The notes beneath the pieces were generated by a model, which worked only from the letters and a program-made list of their open reading frames with translations, searched no databases and was not told where the DNA came from. Shown here in pieces: positions 12,520-27,200 of a stretch of DNA of 64,000 nt (position 1 is the stretch's first letter; every line of letters starts with the position of its first letter). This DNA is from Eledone cirrhosa (Eukaryota). The position numbers were made by a program, and so were the translations under genes. The stretch lies in assembly GCA_964016885.1 (NCBI GenBank), contig OZ024740.1, forward strand, positions 24,614,001 to 24,678,000, in the 5' to 3' direction.

Positions 12520-13730
12520 ACATCTACACAATAAAACATACCATCGGCACACACACACACACACACACACATAGACACACAATCACAAACATGAGTATAT
12601 ACACAATAAAACATACCAACGGCACACACACACACACACACATACACACACCAACATGAGTATAGACACAATAAAAACTACCATCGGCACACACACACAT
12701 ACATAAACACACATACATACATACACCAACATGAGTATAGACACAATAAAACATACCATCGGCACACACACACACACACATATTCACAGGCCGTAAACAT
12801 ACAAACACTCCATATATACAGACACACACACACACATAGAATCTGGTTCATAATGAAACACAAGAGAGAAATATAACACACATATAGACATACACGCACA
12901 CACATAGACGCACACACACATACAGACATACACACACACATAGACGCGCGCGCACACACACACACGCATACACAGATAGACACACACACATACACATACA
13001 CATAGACACACACACACATAGACATACGCAAACATACACACATAGACATACACACACGCACACACACATAGACGCACACACACATATAGACATACACACA
13101 CACATAGACACACACACATTCACACATAGACACACACACACATACACATAATGTATGTTACTTACGTACCTTAACTAGAGACACACACATGTACAGGTGC
13201 ATGCAGATAAACATCTATACACATACATAATCAAAACAACGTAAATATATACAAACACCATACACATACACACAAATACACACACACACACACGCATACA
13301 CACACACACGCACACATATACACATACATCCTTACAAACATATAGACATAGTATTATACACACACGAACAAAACAACATAAATATATACACGCACCATAT
13401 ACAGAGACTCACACACATACATACACACACACAAATATACATACATCGTTACAGTCATATAGTCCTAATATATATATACACACATGCATAATAAAGGCAA
13501 CGTAAATATATACACACACAAATATACATAGCACACACACACATCATATATACACATACACCATATACACACATATACACATACCACACACCATACACGC
13601 ACACAAATATATATACATCGTTAAAACCATATAGACATACTATATATATAAACACACATACATAAAAATACACATACCACACACACACAAGCAATTACAC
13701 ATACATCGTTAGAATTATGTGGACATAGTT

Positions 13731-13783
<53 letters not shown>

Positions 13784-14100
13784 CATACACACACAAATAG
13801 ACATACCACACAGTACACACACACATACACACGCACACCACACACATACACACACATACAACGTTACACTCCTATAGACATAGTACATATACACACACCA
13901 TTCACACACATACATCGTTACATTCCTACAGACATAGTACATATACACACACCATACACAATAAACACACACACCACACTCACATACATCGTTACACTCC
14001 TACAGACATAGTACATATACACACACCATACACACAATACTCACCATACACACCACACACATACATCGTTACACTCCTACAGACATATACACACACACGA
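12520..14100. repeat. (CA)-rich compound micro/minisatellite
   Basis: Recurring blocks ACACAATAAAACATACCATCGGC and CATACATCGTTACACTCCTACAGACATAG among CA runs. Confidence 0.8.
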
Positions 14101-14516
14101 AGAAAACCTATCTAAAAACTAGAGAAGGAATAAAAAGAAGTAAATTCTGTTATTAATATTTATGAAACTCTTGTTATATATTTTTGTTTTCTGCTGACTC
14201 GATAAAAGTTAATTTTCATATTGAAATTATTTGATTTATTCATAACGATGAAATAGAATAAAACTAAAGAAAAACATATTAGTCGAACAGAGAATTAATT
14301 TGTACCGAGCTAAATGTATAATCTTTGGCAGTGCTTGGTAATCATTCCATAGTTATTGATTGTGTTGTTGTTGTTGTTGGGCTTGCAGTTACTGTAGTTT
14401 TATAAATCCTTTTTTGTTGCTTCTCTCATCCCTATCCTCATTTTTATTGCTATTTCCTTATTGTTTTATATGATGTCGCAATCGCAATATTCCGAAACCT
14501 AGGTTTGTTGTAGATT

Positions 14517-14659
<143 letters not shown>

Positions 14660-14678
14660 TGAGAGAGTGACAGAGTGA

Positions 14679-14749
<71 letters not shown>

Positions 14750-15360
14750 AAATATGTTAAATTCAAATATTAACAAAATAGATTTTCTTGTGATCAATTA
14801 AATTGTATTATATATATTTCAGAGGTACTTGAATCAGGTTCAACAGTACGTCCTCATCAGATGAAATAAAATGATACATGGCATACCCTGGCATGTTCGA
14901 TGGTTAAGATTTAATCAAGGTAGTGATTAACTTATTAGAAAACATTATAAAATATTTTGTTAATATTTGACTTTAATATTAATAACTCTGGAAAATTTTT
15001 TTACTGTAGAGTGCTTCCAATCTACTGTAAAACTCATTATTTGATGTACTCATTGAATCTTGTTTAACTCTTTAATATAATGTATAAATATATATATATA
15101 AAGAGAGAGACAGATATATATATATATGTATATAGTAGGAGGTGAGTAATATTGTAGAACAATAAAACTATGCATATATCAGATAAGTATTTTTGTCAAA
15201 TGTTGGCTGCACACTTTCCTGTTGACAAGTGTTTTTAGGCCTCACACCATGTTACCTTATTTTATCTGAGGAGAACACAATTTTTGTCCCAGGATAATAT
15301 TGTTTTCGAAATGCTCATAATAAAATATATGGAACTTTTTTAACCATCTTTTAATTTCTT

Positions 15361-15403
<43 letters not shown>

Positions 15404-15659
15404 TGTAGGGGTTATATTTAATTTGTTGGGATTCAACAACCTTAACATGTTTTATAACTGATATAAAGCACTCAACAGTTTAGTGGAGTAAGTACACAAT
15501 ATATTAATAAATGGAAACTATATTTATAAAACCATGTTTATTTTATTATTCATATTTCAAGGGAAACCAAGGCAATTTATGGTGCGCTTTCCTCAGATAA
15601 AATACAGATTTGATTTATAAATAAATATTGACATACCCGGAAAAAAAAAGACAGCCTTA

Positions 15660-15694
15660 ACGATTGGAGCTTCCTGGCAGGAAGCTCCAATCGT
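15660..15694. other. Perfect hairpin, 17-bp arms
   Basis: ACGATTGGAGCTTCCTG-G-CAGGAAGCTCCAATCGT, immediately before the large array. Confidence 0.9.
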
Positions 15695-18260
15695 AGTGGT
15701 GATGGTGGTAGTGGTGATGGTGGTAGTGGTGATGGTAGTTGTGGTGATGGTGGTAGTGGTGATGGTGGTAGTGGTGATGGTGGTAGTGGTGATGGTGGTA
15801 GTGGTGATGGTGGTAGTGGTGATGGTGGTAGTGGTGATGGTGGTAGTGGTGATGGTGGTAGTGGTGATGGTAGTAGTGGTGATGGTGGAAGTGGTGATGG
15901 TGGTAGTGGTGATGGTAGTAGTGGTGATGGTGGAAGTGATGATGGTGGTAGTGGTGATGGTGGAAGTGGTGATGGTGGTAGTGGTGATGGTGGTAGTGGT
16001 GATGGTGGAAGTGATGATGGTGGTAGTGGTGATGGTGGAAGTGGTGATGGTGGTAGTGGTGATGGTGGTAGTGGTGATGGTGGAAGTGATGATGGTGGTA
16101 GTGGTGATGGTGGAGTTGGTGATGGTGGTAGTGGTGATGGTGGTAGTGGTGATGGTGGTAGTGGTGATGGTGGTAGTGGTGATGGTGGTAGTGGTGATGG
16201 TGGAAGTGGTGATGGTGGTAGTGGTGATGGTGGTAGTGGTGATGGTGGTAGTGGTGATGGTAGTAGTAGTGATGGTGGTAGTGGTGATGGTGGTAGTGGT
16301 GATGGTGGTAGTGGTGATGGTGGAAGTGGTGATGGTGGTAGTGGTGATGGTGGTAGTGGTGATGGTGGTAGTGGTGATGGTGGTAGTGGTGATGGTGGTA
16401 GTGGTGATGGTGGTAGTGGTGATGGTGGTAGTGGTGGTAGTGGTGATAGTGGTAGTTGTGATGGTGGTAGTGGTGATGGTGGTAGTGGTGATGGTGGTAG
16501 TGGTGATGGTGGTAGTGGTGATGGTAGTTGTGGTGATGGTGGTAGTGGTGATGGTGGTAGTGGTGATGGTGGTGATGGTGGTAGTGGTGATGGTGGTAGT
16601 GGTGATGGTGGAAGTGATGATGGTAGTAGTGGTGATGGTGGTAGTGGTGATGGTGGAAGTGATGATGGTGGTAGTGGTGATGGTGGTAGTGGTGATGGTA
16701 GTAGTAGTGATGGTGGAAGTGGTGATGGTGGTAGTGGTGATTGTGGAAGTGGTGATGGTGGTAGTGGTGATGGTGGTAGTGGTGATGGTGGTAGTGGTGA
16801 TGGTGGTAGTGGTGATGGTGGTAGTGGTGATGGTGGTAGTGGTGATGGTGGTAGTGGTGGTAGTGGTGATAGTGGTAGTTGTGATGGTGGTAGTGGTGAT
16901 GGTGGTAGTGGTGATGGTGGTAGTGGTGATGGTGGTAGTGGTGATGGTAGTTGTGGTGATGGTGGTAGTGGTGATGGTGGTAGTGGTGATGGTGGTAGTG
17001 GTGATGGTGGTAGTGGTGATGGTGGTAGTGGTGATGGTGGTAGTGGTGATGGTGGTAGTGGTGATGGTGGTAGTGGTGATGGTAGTAGTGGTGATGGTGG
17101 AAGTGGTGATGGTGGTAGTGGTGATGGTAGTAGTGGTGATGGTGGAAGTGATGATGGTGGTAGTGGTGATGGTGGAAGTGGTGATGGTGGTAGTGGTGAT
17201 GGTGGTAGTGGTGATGGTGGAAGTGATGATGGTGGTAGTGGTGATGGTGGAAGTGGTGATGGTGGTAGTGGTGATGGTGGTAGTGGTGATGGTGGAAGTG
17301 ATGATGGTGGTAGTGGTGATGGTGGAAGTGGTGATGGTGGTAGTGGTGATGGTGGTAGTGGTGATGGTGGTAGTGGTGATGGTGGTAGTGGTGATGGTGG
17401 TAGTGGTGATGGTGGTAGTGGTGATGGTGGAAGTGGTGATGGTGGTAGTGGTGATGGTGGTAGTGGTGATGGTGTTAGTGGTGATGGTAGTAGTAGTGAT
17501 GGTGGTAGTGGTGATGGTGGTAGTGGTGATGGTGGTAGTGGTGATGGTGGAAGTGGTGATGGTGGTAGTGGTGATGGTGGTAGTGGTGATGGTGGTAGTG
17601 GTGATGGTGGTAGTGGTGATGGTGGTAGTGGTGATGGTGGTAGTGGTGATGGTGGTAGTGGTGATGGTGGTGATGGTGGTAGTGGTGATGGTGGTAGTGG
17701 TGATGGTGGAAGTGATGATGGTAGTAGTGGTGATGGTGGTAGTGGTGATGGTGGAAGTGATGATGGTGGTAGTGGTGATGGTGGTAGTGGTGATGGTAGT
17801 AGTAGTGATGGTGGAAGTGGTGATGGTGGTAGTGGTGATTGTGGAAGTGGTGATGGTGGTAGTGGTGATGGTGGTAGTGGTGATGGTGGTAGTGGTGATG
17901 GTGGTAGTGGTGATGGTGGTAGTGGTGATGGTGGTAGTGGTGATGGTGGAAGTGGTGATGGTGGAAGTGGTGATGGTGGTAGTGGTGGTAGTGGTGATGG
18001 TGGTAGTGGTGATGGTGGTAGCGGTGATGGTGGTAGTGGTGATGGTGGAAGTGGTGATGGTGGTAGTGGTGATGGTGGTAGTGGTGATGGTGGTAGTGGT
18101 GATGGTGGTAGTGGTGATGGTGGAAGTGGTGATGGTGGTAGTGGTGATGGTGGTAGTGGTGATGGTGGTAGTGGTGATGGTGGTAGTGGTGATGGTGGTA
18201 GTGGTGATGGTGGAAGTGGTGGTGGTAGTAGTAGTGATGGTGGAAGTGGTGATGGTGGTA
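15695..18260. repeat. 15-bp tandem array (AGTGGTGATGGTGGT)n
   Basis: Visible, roughly 170 units; the recurring variant GTGGTGATTGTGGAAG at ~16733 and ~17832 marks an internal duplication. Confidence 0.95.
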
Positions 18261-21200
18261 GTGTTGACAGTGTTCGTAGTAGTGGTGATGATGACAGTGT
18301 TGACAGTGTTAGTAGTAGTGGTGATGATGGTAGTGTTGAAAGTGTTAGTACTAGTGGTGATGATGGTAGTGTTGACAGTGTTAGTAGTAGTGGTGATGAT
18401 GACAGTGTTGACAGTGTTAGTAGTAAAGGTGATGATGACAGTGTTGACAGTGTTAGTACTAGAGGTGATGATGACAGTGTTGACAGTGTCAGTAGTAGTG
18501 GTGATGATGGTAGTGTTGACAGTGTTAGTAGTAGTGGTGATGATGGTAGTGTTTACAGTGTTAGTAGTAGTGGTGATGATGGTAGTGTTGACAACGTTAG
18601 TAGTAGTGGTGATGATGGTAGTGTTGACAGTGTTAGTACTAGTGGTGATGATGACAGTGTTGACAGTGTTAGTAGTAGTGGTGATGATGACAGTGTTGAC
18701 AGTGTCAGTAGTAGTGGTGATGATGACAGTGTTGACAGTGTTAGTAGTAGTGGTGATGATGACAGTGTTGACAGTATTAGTAGTAGTGATGATGATGACA
18801 GTTTTGACAGTGTCAGTAGTAGTGGTGATGATGGTAGTGTTGACAGTGTTAGTAGTAGTGGTGATGATGACAGTTTTGACAGTGTCAGTAGTAGTGGTGA
18901 TGATGGTAGTGTTGACAGTGTTAGTAGTAGTGGTGATGATGACAGTGTTGACAGTGTTAGTACTAGTGGTGATGATGACAGTGTTGACAGTGTTAGTAGT
19001 AGTGGTGATGATGACAGTGTTGTCAGTGTTAGTAGTAGTGGTGATGATGACAGTGTTGACTGTGTTAGTACAGGTGGTGATGATGACAGTGTTGACAGTG
19101 TCAGTAGTAGTGGTGATGATGGTAGTGTTGACAGTGTTAGTAGTAGTGGTGATGATGGTAGTGTTGACAGTGTCAGTACTAGTGGTGATGATGGTAGTAT
19201 TGACAGTGTTAGTAGTAGTGGTGATGATGGTAGTGTTGACAGTGTTAGTACTAGTGGTGAGGATGATGGTGTTGACAGTGTTAGTAGTAGTGGTGATGAT
19301 GGTAGTGTTGACAGTGTTAGTACTAGTGTTATGATGGTAGTGTTGACAGTGTTAGTACTTGTGGTGACGATGACAGTGTTGACAGTGTTAGTACTAGTGG
19401 TGACGATGACAGTGTTGACTGTGTTAGTACTAGTGGTGATGATGGTAGTGTTGACAGTGTTAGTACTAGTGGTGACGATGACAGTTTTGACTGTGTTAGT
19501 ACTAGTGGTGATGATGGTAGTGTTGACAGTGTTAGTACTAGTGGTGACGATGACAGTGTTGACAGTGTTAGTACTAGTGGTGATGATGGCAGTGTTGACT
19601 GTGTTAGTACTAGTGGTGATGATGATGGTGTTGACAGTGTTAGTACTAGTGGTGACGATGACAGTGTTTACAGTGTTAGTAGTAGTGGTGATGATGGTAG
19701 TGTTGACAGTGTCAGTAGTAGTGGTGATGATGATAGAGTTGAAAGTGTTAGTACTAGTGGTGATGATGGTAGTGTTGACAGTGTTAGTAGTAGTGGTGAT
19801 GATGACAGTGTTGACAGTGTTAGTAGTAGTGGTGATGATGACAGTGTTGACAGTGTTAGTACTAGAGGTGATGATGACAGTGTTGACAGTGTCAGTAGTA
19901 GTGGTGATGTTGGTAGTGTTGACAGCGTTAGTAGTAGTGGTGATGATGGTAGTGTTGACAGTGTTAGTAGTAGTGGTGATGATGGTAGTGTTGACAGTGT
20001 CAGTAGTAGTGGTGATGATGACAGTGTTGACTGTGTTAGTAGTAGTGGTGATGATGACAGTGTTGACAGTATTAGTAGTAGTGATGATGATGACAGCTTT
20101 GACAGTGTAAGTAGTAGTGGTGATGATGGTAGTGTTGACAGTGTTAGTAGTAGTGGTGATGATGGTAGTGTTGACAGCGTTAGTAGTAGTGGTGATGATG
20201 GTAGTGTTGACAGTGTTAGTACTAGTGGTGATGATGACAGTGTTGACAGTGTTAGTAGTAGTGGTGATGATGACAGTGTTGACAGTGTCAGTAGTAGTGG
20301 TGATGATGGTAGTGTTGACAGTGTCAGTAGTAGTAGTGATGATGGTAGTGTTGACAGTGTTAGTAGTAGTGGTGATGATGGTAGTGTTGACAGTGTTAGT
20401 ACTAGTGGTGATGATGACAGTGTTGACAGTGTTAGTAGTAGTGGTGATGATGACAGTGTTGACAGTGTTAGTAGTAGTGGTGATGATGACAGTGTTGACA
20501 GTATTAGTAGTAGTGATGATGATGACAGTTTTGACAGTGTCAGTAGTAGCGGTGATGATGGTAGTGTTGACAGTGTTAGTAGTAGTGGTGATGATGACAG
20601 TGTTGACAGTGTCAGTAGTAGTGGTGATGATGGTAGTGTTGACAGTGTTAGTAGTAGTGGTGATGATGACAGTGTTGACAGTGTTAGTACTAGTGGTGAT
20701 GATTACAGTGTTGACAGTGTTAGTAGTAGTGGTGATGATGACAGTGTTGTCAGTGTTAGTAGTAGTGGTGATGATGACAGTGTTGTCAGTGTCAGTAGTA
20801 GTGTTGATGATGGTAGTGTTGACAGTGTTAGTAGTAGTGGTGATGATGGTAGTGTTGACAGTGTCACTACTAGTGGTGATGATGGTAGTGTTGACAGTGT
20901 TAGTAGTAGTGGTGATGATGGCAATGTTGACAGTGTTAGTACTAGTGGTGATGATGGTAGTGTTGACAGTGTTAGTAGTAGAGGTGATGATGGCAGTGTT
21001 GACAGTGTTAGTACTAGTGGTGATAATGGTAGTGTTGACAGTGTTAGTACTAGTGGTGACATATGACAGTGTTGACAGTGTTAGTACTAGTGGTGACGAT
21101 GACAGTGTTGACAGTGTTAGTACTAGTGGTGATGATGACAGTGTTGACAGTGTTAGTACTAGTGGTGACGATGACAGTGTTGACAGTGTTAGTACTATTG

Positions 21201-24200
21201 GTGATGATGACAGTGTTGACAGTGTTAGTAGTAGTGGTGATGATGACAGTGTTGTCAGTGTTAGTAGTAGTGGTGATGATGACAGTGTTGTCAGTGTCAG
21301 TAGTAGTGGTGATGATGGTAGTGTTGACAGTGTTAGTAGTAGTGGTGATGATGGTAGTGTTGACAGTGTCAGTGCTAGTGGTGATGATGGTAGTCTTGAC
21401 AGTGTTAGTAGTAGTGGTGATGATGGCAGTGTTGACAGTGTTAGTACTAGTGGTGATGATGGCAGTGTTGACAGTGTTAGTACTAGTGGTGATGATGGTA
21501 GTGTAGACAGTGTTAGTACTAGTGGTGACGATGACAGTGTTGACAGTGTTAGTACTAGTGGTGACGATGACAGTGTTGACAGTGTTAGTACTAGTGGTGA
21601 TGATGACAGTGTTGACAGTGTTAGTACTAGTGGTGACGATGACAGTGTTGACAGTGTTAGTACTAGTGGTGATGATGGTAGTGTTGACAGTGTTAGTACT
21701 AGTGGTGATGATGACAGTGTTGACAGCGTTAGTACTAGTGGTGACGATGACAGTGTTGACTGTGTTAGTACTAGTTGGTATGATGGTAGTGTTGACAGTG
21801 TTAGTACTAGTGGTGATGATGGTAGTGTTGACAGTGTTAGTACTAGTGGTGATGATGACAGTGTTGACAGTGTTAGTACTAGTGGTGATGATGGTAGTGT
21901 TGACAGTGTTAGTACTCGTGGTGATGATGACAGTGTTGACAGCGTTAGAACTAGTGGTGACGATGACAGTGTTGACTGTGTTAGTACTAGTGGTGATGAT
22001 GGTAGTGTTGACAGTGTTAGTACTAGTGGTGATGATGGTAGTGTTGACAGTGTTAGTACTAGTGGTGATGATGACAGTGTTGACAGCGTTAGTACTAGTG
22101 GTGACGATGACAGTGTTGACTGTGTTAGTACTAGTGGTGATGATGGTAGTGTTGACAGTGTTAGTACTAGAGGTGATGATGACAGTGTTGACAGTGTTAG
22201 TACTAGTGGTGACGATGACAGTGTTGACTGTGTTAGTAGTAGTGGTGATGATGGTAGTGTTGACAGTGTTAGTAGTAGTGGTGATGATGGTAGTGTTGAC
22301 AGTGTTAGTACTAGTAGTGATGATGGTAGTGTTGACAGTGTTAGTACTGGTGGTGACGATGACAGTGTTGACAGTGTTAGTACTAGTGGTGATGATGGTA
22401 GTGTTGACAGTGTTAGTACTAGTGGTGACGATGACAGTGTTGACTGTGTTAGTACTAGTGGTGATGATGGTAGTGTTGACAGTGTTAGTACTAGTGGTGA
22501 CGATGACAGTGTTGACTGTGTTAGTACTAGTGGTGACGATGACAGTGTTGACAGTGTTAGTACTAGTGGTGATGATGGTAGTGTTGACAGTGTTAGTACT
22601 AGTGGTGATGATGGTAGTGTTGACAGTGTTAGTACTAGTGGTGACGATGACAGTGTTGACAGTGTTAGTACTAGTGGTGATGATGACAGTGTTGACAGTG
22701 TTAGTACTAGTGTTATGATGGTAGTGTTGACAGTGTTAATACTAGTGGTGACGATGACAGTGTTGACAGTGTTAGTACTAGTGGTGACGATGACAGTGTT
22801 GACTGTGTTAGTACTAGTGGTGATGATGGTAGTGTTGACAGTGTTAGTACTAGTGGTGACGATGACAGTGTTGACAGTGTTAGTACTAGTGGTGATGATG
22901 ACAGTGTTGACAGTGTTAGTACTAGTGGTGACGATGACAGTGTTGACTGTGTTAGTACTAGTGGTGATGATGGTAGTGTTGACAGTGTTAGTACTAGTGG
23001 TGACGATGACAGTGTTGACTGTGTTAGTACTAGTGGTGATGATGGTAGTGTTGACAGTGTTAGTACTAGTGGTGACGATGACAGTGTTGACTGTGTTAGT
23101 ACTAGTGGTGACGATGGTAGTGTTGACAGTGTTAGTACTAGTGGTGACGATGACAGTGTTGACAGTGTTAGTACTAGTGGTGATGATGACAGTGTTGACA
23201 GTATTAGTACTAGTGGTGACGATGACAGTGTTGACTGTGTTAGTACTAGTGGTGATGATGACAGTGTTGACAGTGTTAGTACTAGTGGTGACGATGACAG
23301 TGTTGACAGTGTTAGTACTAGTGGTGATGATGGTAGTGTTGACAGTGTTAGTACTAGTGGTGATGATGGTAGTGTTGACAGTGTTAGTACTAGTGGTGAC
23401 GATGACAGTGTTGACAGTGTTAGTACTAGTGGTGATGATGACAGTGTTGACAGTGTTAGTACTAGTGTTATGATGGTAGTGTTGACAGTGTTAATACTAG
23501 TGGTGACGATGACAGTGTTGACAGTGTTAGTACTAGTGGTGACGATGACAGTGTTGACTGTGTTAGTACTAGTGGTGATGATGGTAGTGTTGACAGTGTT
23601 AGTACTAGTGGTGACGATGACAGTGTTGACAGTGTTAGTACTAGTGGTGATGATGACAGTGTTGACAGTGTTAGTACTAGTGGTGACGATGACAGTGTTG
23701 ACTGTGTTAGTACTAGTGGTGATGATGGTAGTGTTGACAGTGTTAGTACTAGTGGTGACGATGACAGTGTTGACTGTGTTAGTACTAGTGGTGATGATGG
23801 TAGTGTTGACAGTGTTAGTACTAGTGGTGACGATGACAGTGTTGACTGTGTTAGTACTAGTGGTGACGATGGTAGTGTTGACTGTGTTAGTACTAGTGGT
23901 GATGATGACAGTGTTGACAGTGTTAGTACTAGTGGTGACGATGACAGTGTTGACAGTGTTAGTACTAGTGGTGATGATGACAGTGTTGACAGTGTTAGTA
24001 CTAGTGTTATGATGGTAGTGTTGACAGTGTTAATACTAGTGGTGACGATGACAGTGTTGACAGTGTTAGTACTAGTGGTGACGATGACAGTGTTGACTGT
24101 GTTAGTACTAGTGGTGATGATGGTAGTGTTGACAGTGTTAGTACTAGTGGTGACGATGACAGTGTTGACAGTGTTAGTACTAGTGGTGATGATGACAGTG

Positions 24201-27200
24201 TTGACAGTGTTAGTACTAGTGGTGACGATGACAGTGTTGACTGTGTTAGTACTAGTGGTGATGATGGTAGTGTTGACAGTGTTAGTACTAGTGGTGACGA
24301 TGACAGTGTTGACTGTGTTAGTACTAGTGGTGATGATGGTAGTGTTGACAGTGTTAGTACTAGTGGTGACGATGACAGTGTTGACTGTGTTAGTACTAGT
24401 GGTGACGATGGTAGCGTTGACAGTGTTAGTACTAGTGGTGACGATGACAGTGTTGACAGTGTTAGTACTAGTGGTGATGATGACAGTGTTGACAGTGTTA
24501 GTACTAGTGGTGACGATGACAGTGTTGACTGTGTTAGTACTAGTGGTGATGATGACAGTGTTGACAGTGTTAGTAGTAGTGGTGATGATGACAGTGTTGA
24601 CAGTATTAGTAGTAGTGATGATGATGACAGTTTTGACAGTGTCAGTAGTAGCGGTGATGATGGTAGTGTTGACAGTGTTAGTAGTAGTGGTGATGATGAC
24701 AGTGTTGACAGTGTCAGTAGTAGTGGTGATGATGGTAGTGTTGACAGTGTTAGTACTAGTGGTGATGATGACAGTGTTGACAGTGTTAGTAGTAGTGGTG
24801 ATGATGACAGTGTTGACAGTGTTAGTAGTAGTGGTGATGATGACAGTGTTGTCAGTGTTAGTAGTAGTGGTGATGATGACAGTGTTGTCAGTGTCAGTAG
24901 TAGTGGTGATGATGGTAGTGTTGACAGTGTTAGTAGTAGTGGTGATGATGGTAGTGTTGACAGTGTCAGTGCTAGTGGTGATGATGGTAGTCTTGACAGT
25001 GTTAGTAGTAGTGGTGATGATGGCAGTGTTGACAGTGTTAGTACTAGTGGTGATGATGGCAGTGTTGACAGTGTTAGTACTAGTGGTGATGATGGTAGTG
25101 TAGACAGTGTTAGTACTAGTGGTGACGATGACAGTGTTGACAGTGTTAGTACTAGTGGTGACGATGACAGTGTTGACAGTGTTAGTACTAGTGGTGATGA
25201 TGACAGTGTTGACAGTGTTAGTACTAGTGGTGACGATGACAGTGTTGACAGTGTTAGTACTAGTGGTGATGATGGTAGTGTTGACAGTGTTAGTACTAGT
25301 GGTGATGATGACAGTGTTGACAGCGTTAGTACTAGTGGTGACGATGACAGTGTTGACTGTGTTAGTACTAGTTGGTATGATGGTAGTGTTGACAGTGTTA
25401 GTACTAGTGGTGATGATGGTAGTGTTGACAGTGTTAGTACTAGTGGTGATGATGACAGTGTTGACAGTGTTAGTACTAGTGGTGATGATGGTAGTGTTGA
25501 CAGTGTTAGTACTCGTGGTGATGATGACAGTGTTGACAGCGTTAGAACTAGTGGTGACGATGACAGTGTTGACTGTGTTAGTACTAGTGGTGATGATGGT
25601 AGTGTTGACAGTGTTAGTACTAGTGGTGATGATGGTAGTGTTGACAGTGTTAGTACTAGTGGTGATGATGACAGTGTTGACAGCGTTAGTACTAGTGGTG
25701 ACGATGACAGTGTTGACTGTGTTAGTACTAGTGGTGATGATGGTAGTGTTGACAGTGTTAGTACTAGAGGTGATGATGACAGTGTTGACAGTGTTAGTAC
25801 TAGTGGTGACGATGACAGTGTTGACTGTGTTAGTAGTAGTGGTGATGATGGTAGTGTTGACAGTGTTAGTAGTAGTGGTGATGATGGTAGTGTTGACAGT
25901 GTTAGTACTAGTAGTGATGATGGTAGTGTTGACAGTGTTAGTACTGGTGGTGACGATGACAGTGTTGACAGTGTTAGTACTAGTGGTGATGATGGTAGTG
26001 TTGACAGTGTTAGTACTAGTGGTGACGATGACAGTGTTGACTGTGTTAGTACTAGTGGTGATGATGGTAGTGTTGACAGTGTTAGTACTAGTGGTGACGA
26101 TGACAGTGTTGACTGTGTTAGTACTAGTGGTGACGATGACAGTGTTGACAGTGTTAGTACTAGTGGTGATGATGGTAGTGTTGACAGTGTTAGTACTAGT
26201 GGTGATGATGGTAGTGTTGACAGTGTTAGTACTAGTGGTGACGATGACAGTGTTGACAGTGTTAGTACTAGTGGTGATGATGACAGTGTTGACAGTGTTA
26301 GTACTAGTGTTATGATGGTAGTGTTGACAGTGTTAATACTAGTGGTGACGATGACAGTGTTGACAGTGTTAGTACTAGTGGTGACGATGACAGTGTTGAC
26401 TGTGTTAGTACTAGTGGTGATGATGGTAGTGTTGACAGTGTTAGTACTAGTGGTGACGATGACAGTGTTGACAGTGTTAGTACTAGTGGTGATGATGACA
26501 GTGTTGACAGTGTTAGTACTAGTGGTGACGATGACAGTGTTGACTGTGTTAGTACTAGTGGTGATGATGGTAGTGTTGACAGTGTTAGTACTAGTGGTGA
26601 CGATGACAGTGTTGACTGTGTTAGTACTAGTGGTGATGATGGTAGTGTTGACAGTGTTAGTACTAGTGGTGACGATGACAGTGTTGACTGTGTTAGTACT
26701 AGTGGTGACGATGGTAGTGTTGACAGTGTTAGTACTAGTGGTGACGATGACAGTGTTGACAGTGTTAGTACTAGTGGTGATGATGACAGTGTTGACAGTA
26801 TTAGTACTAGTGGTGACGATGACAGTGTTGACTGTGTTAGTACTAGTGGTGATGATGACAGTGTTGACAGTGTTAGTACTAGTGGTGACGATGACAGTGT
26901 TGACAGTGTTAGTACTAGTGGTGATGATGGTAGTGTTGACAGTGTTAGTACTAGTGGTGATGATGGTAGTGTTGACAGTGTTAGTACTAGTGGTGACGAT
27001 GACAGTGTTGACAGTGTTAGTACTAGTGGTGATGATGACAGTGTTGACAGTGTTAGTACTAGTGTTATGATGGTAGTGTTGACAGTGTTAATACTAGTGG
27101 TGACGATGACAGTGTTGACAGTGTTAGTACTAGTGGTGACGATGACAGTGTTGACTGTGTTAGTACTAGTGGTGATGATGGTAGTGTTGACAGTGTTAGT

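Noticed and set aside
14835-14862. Minus-strand CTGATGAGGAC as a hammerhead core
   Set aside because: Not followed by a closing stem II, GAAA or a stem I partner.
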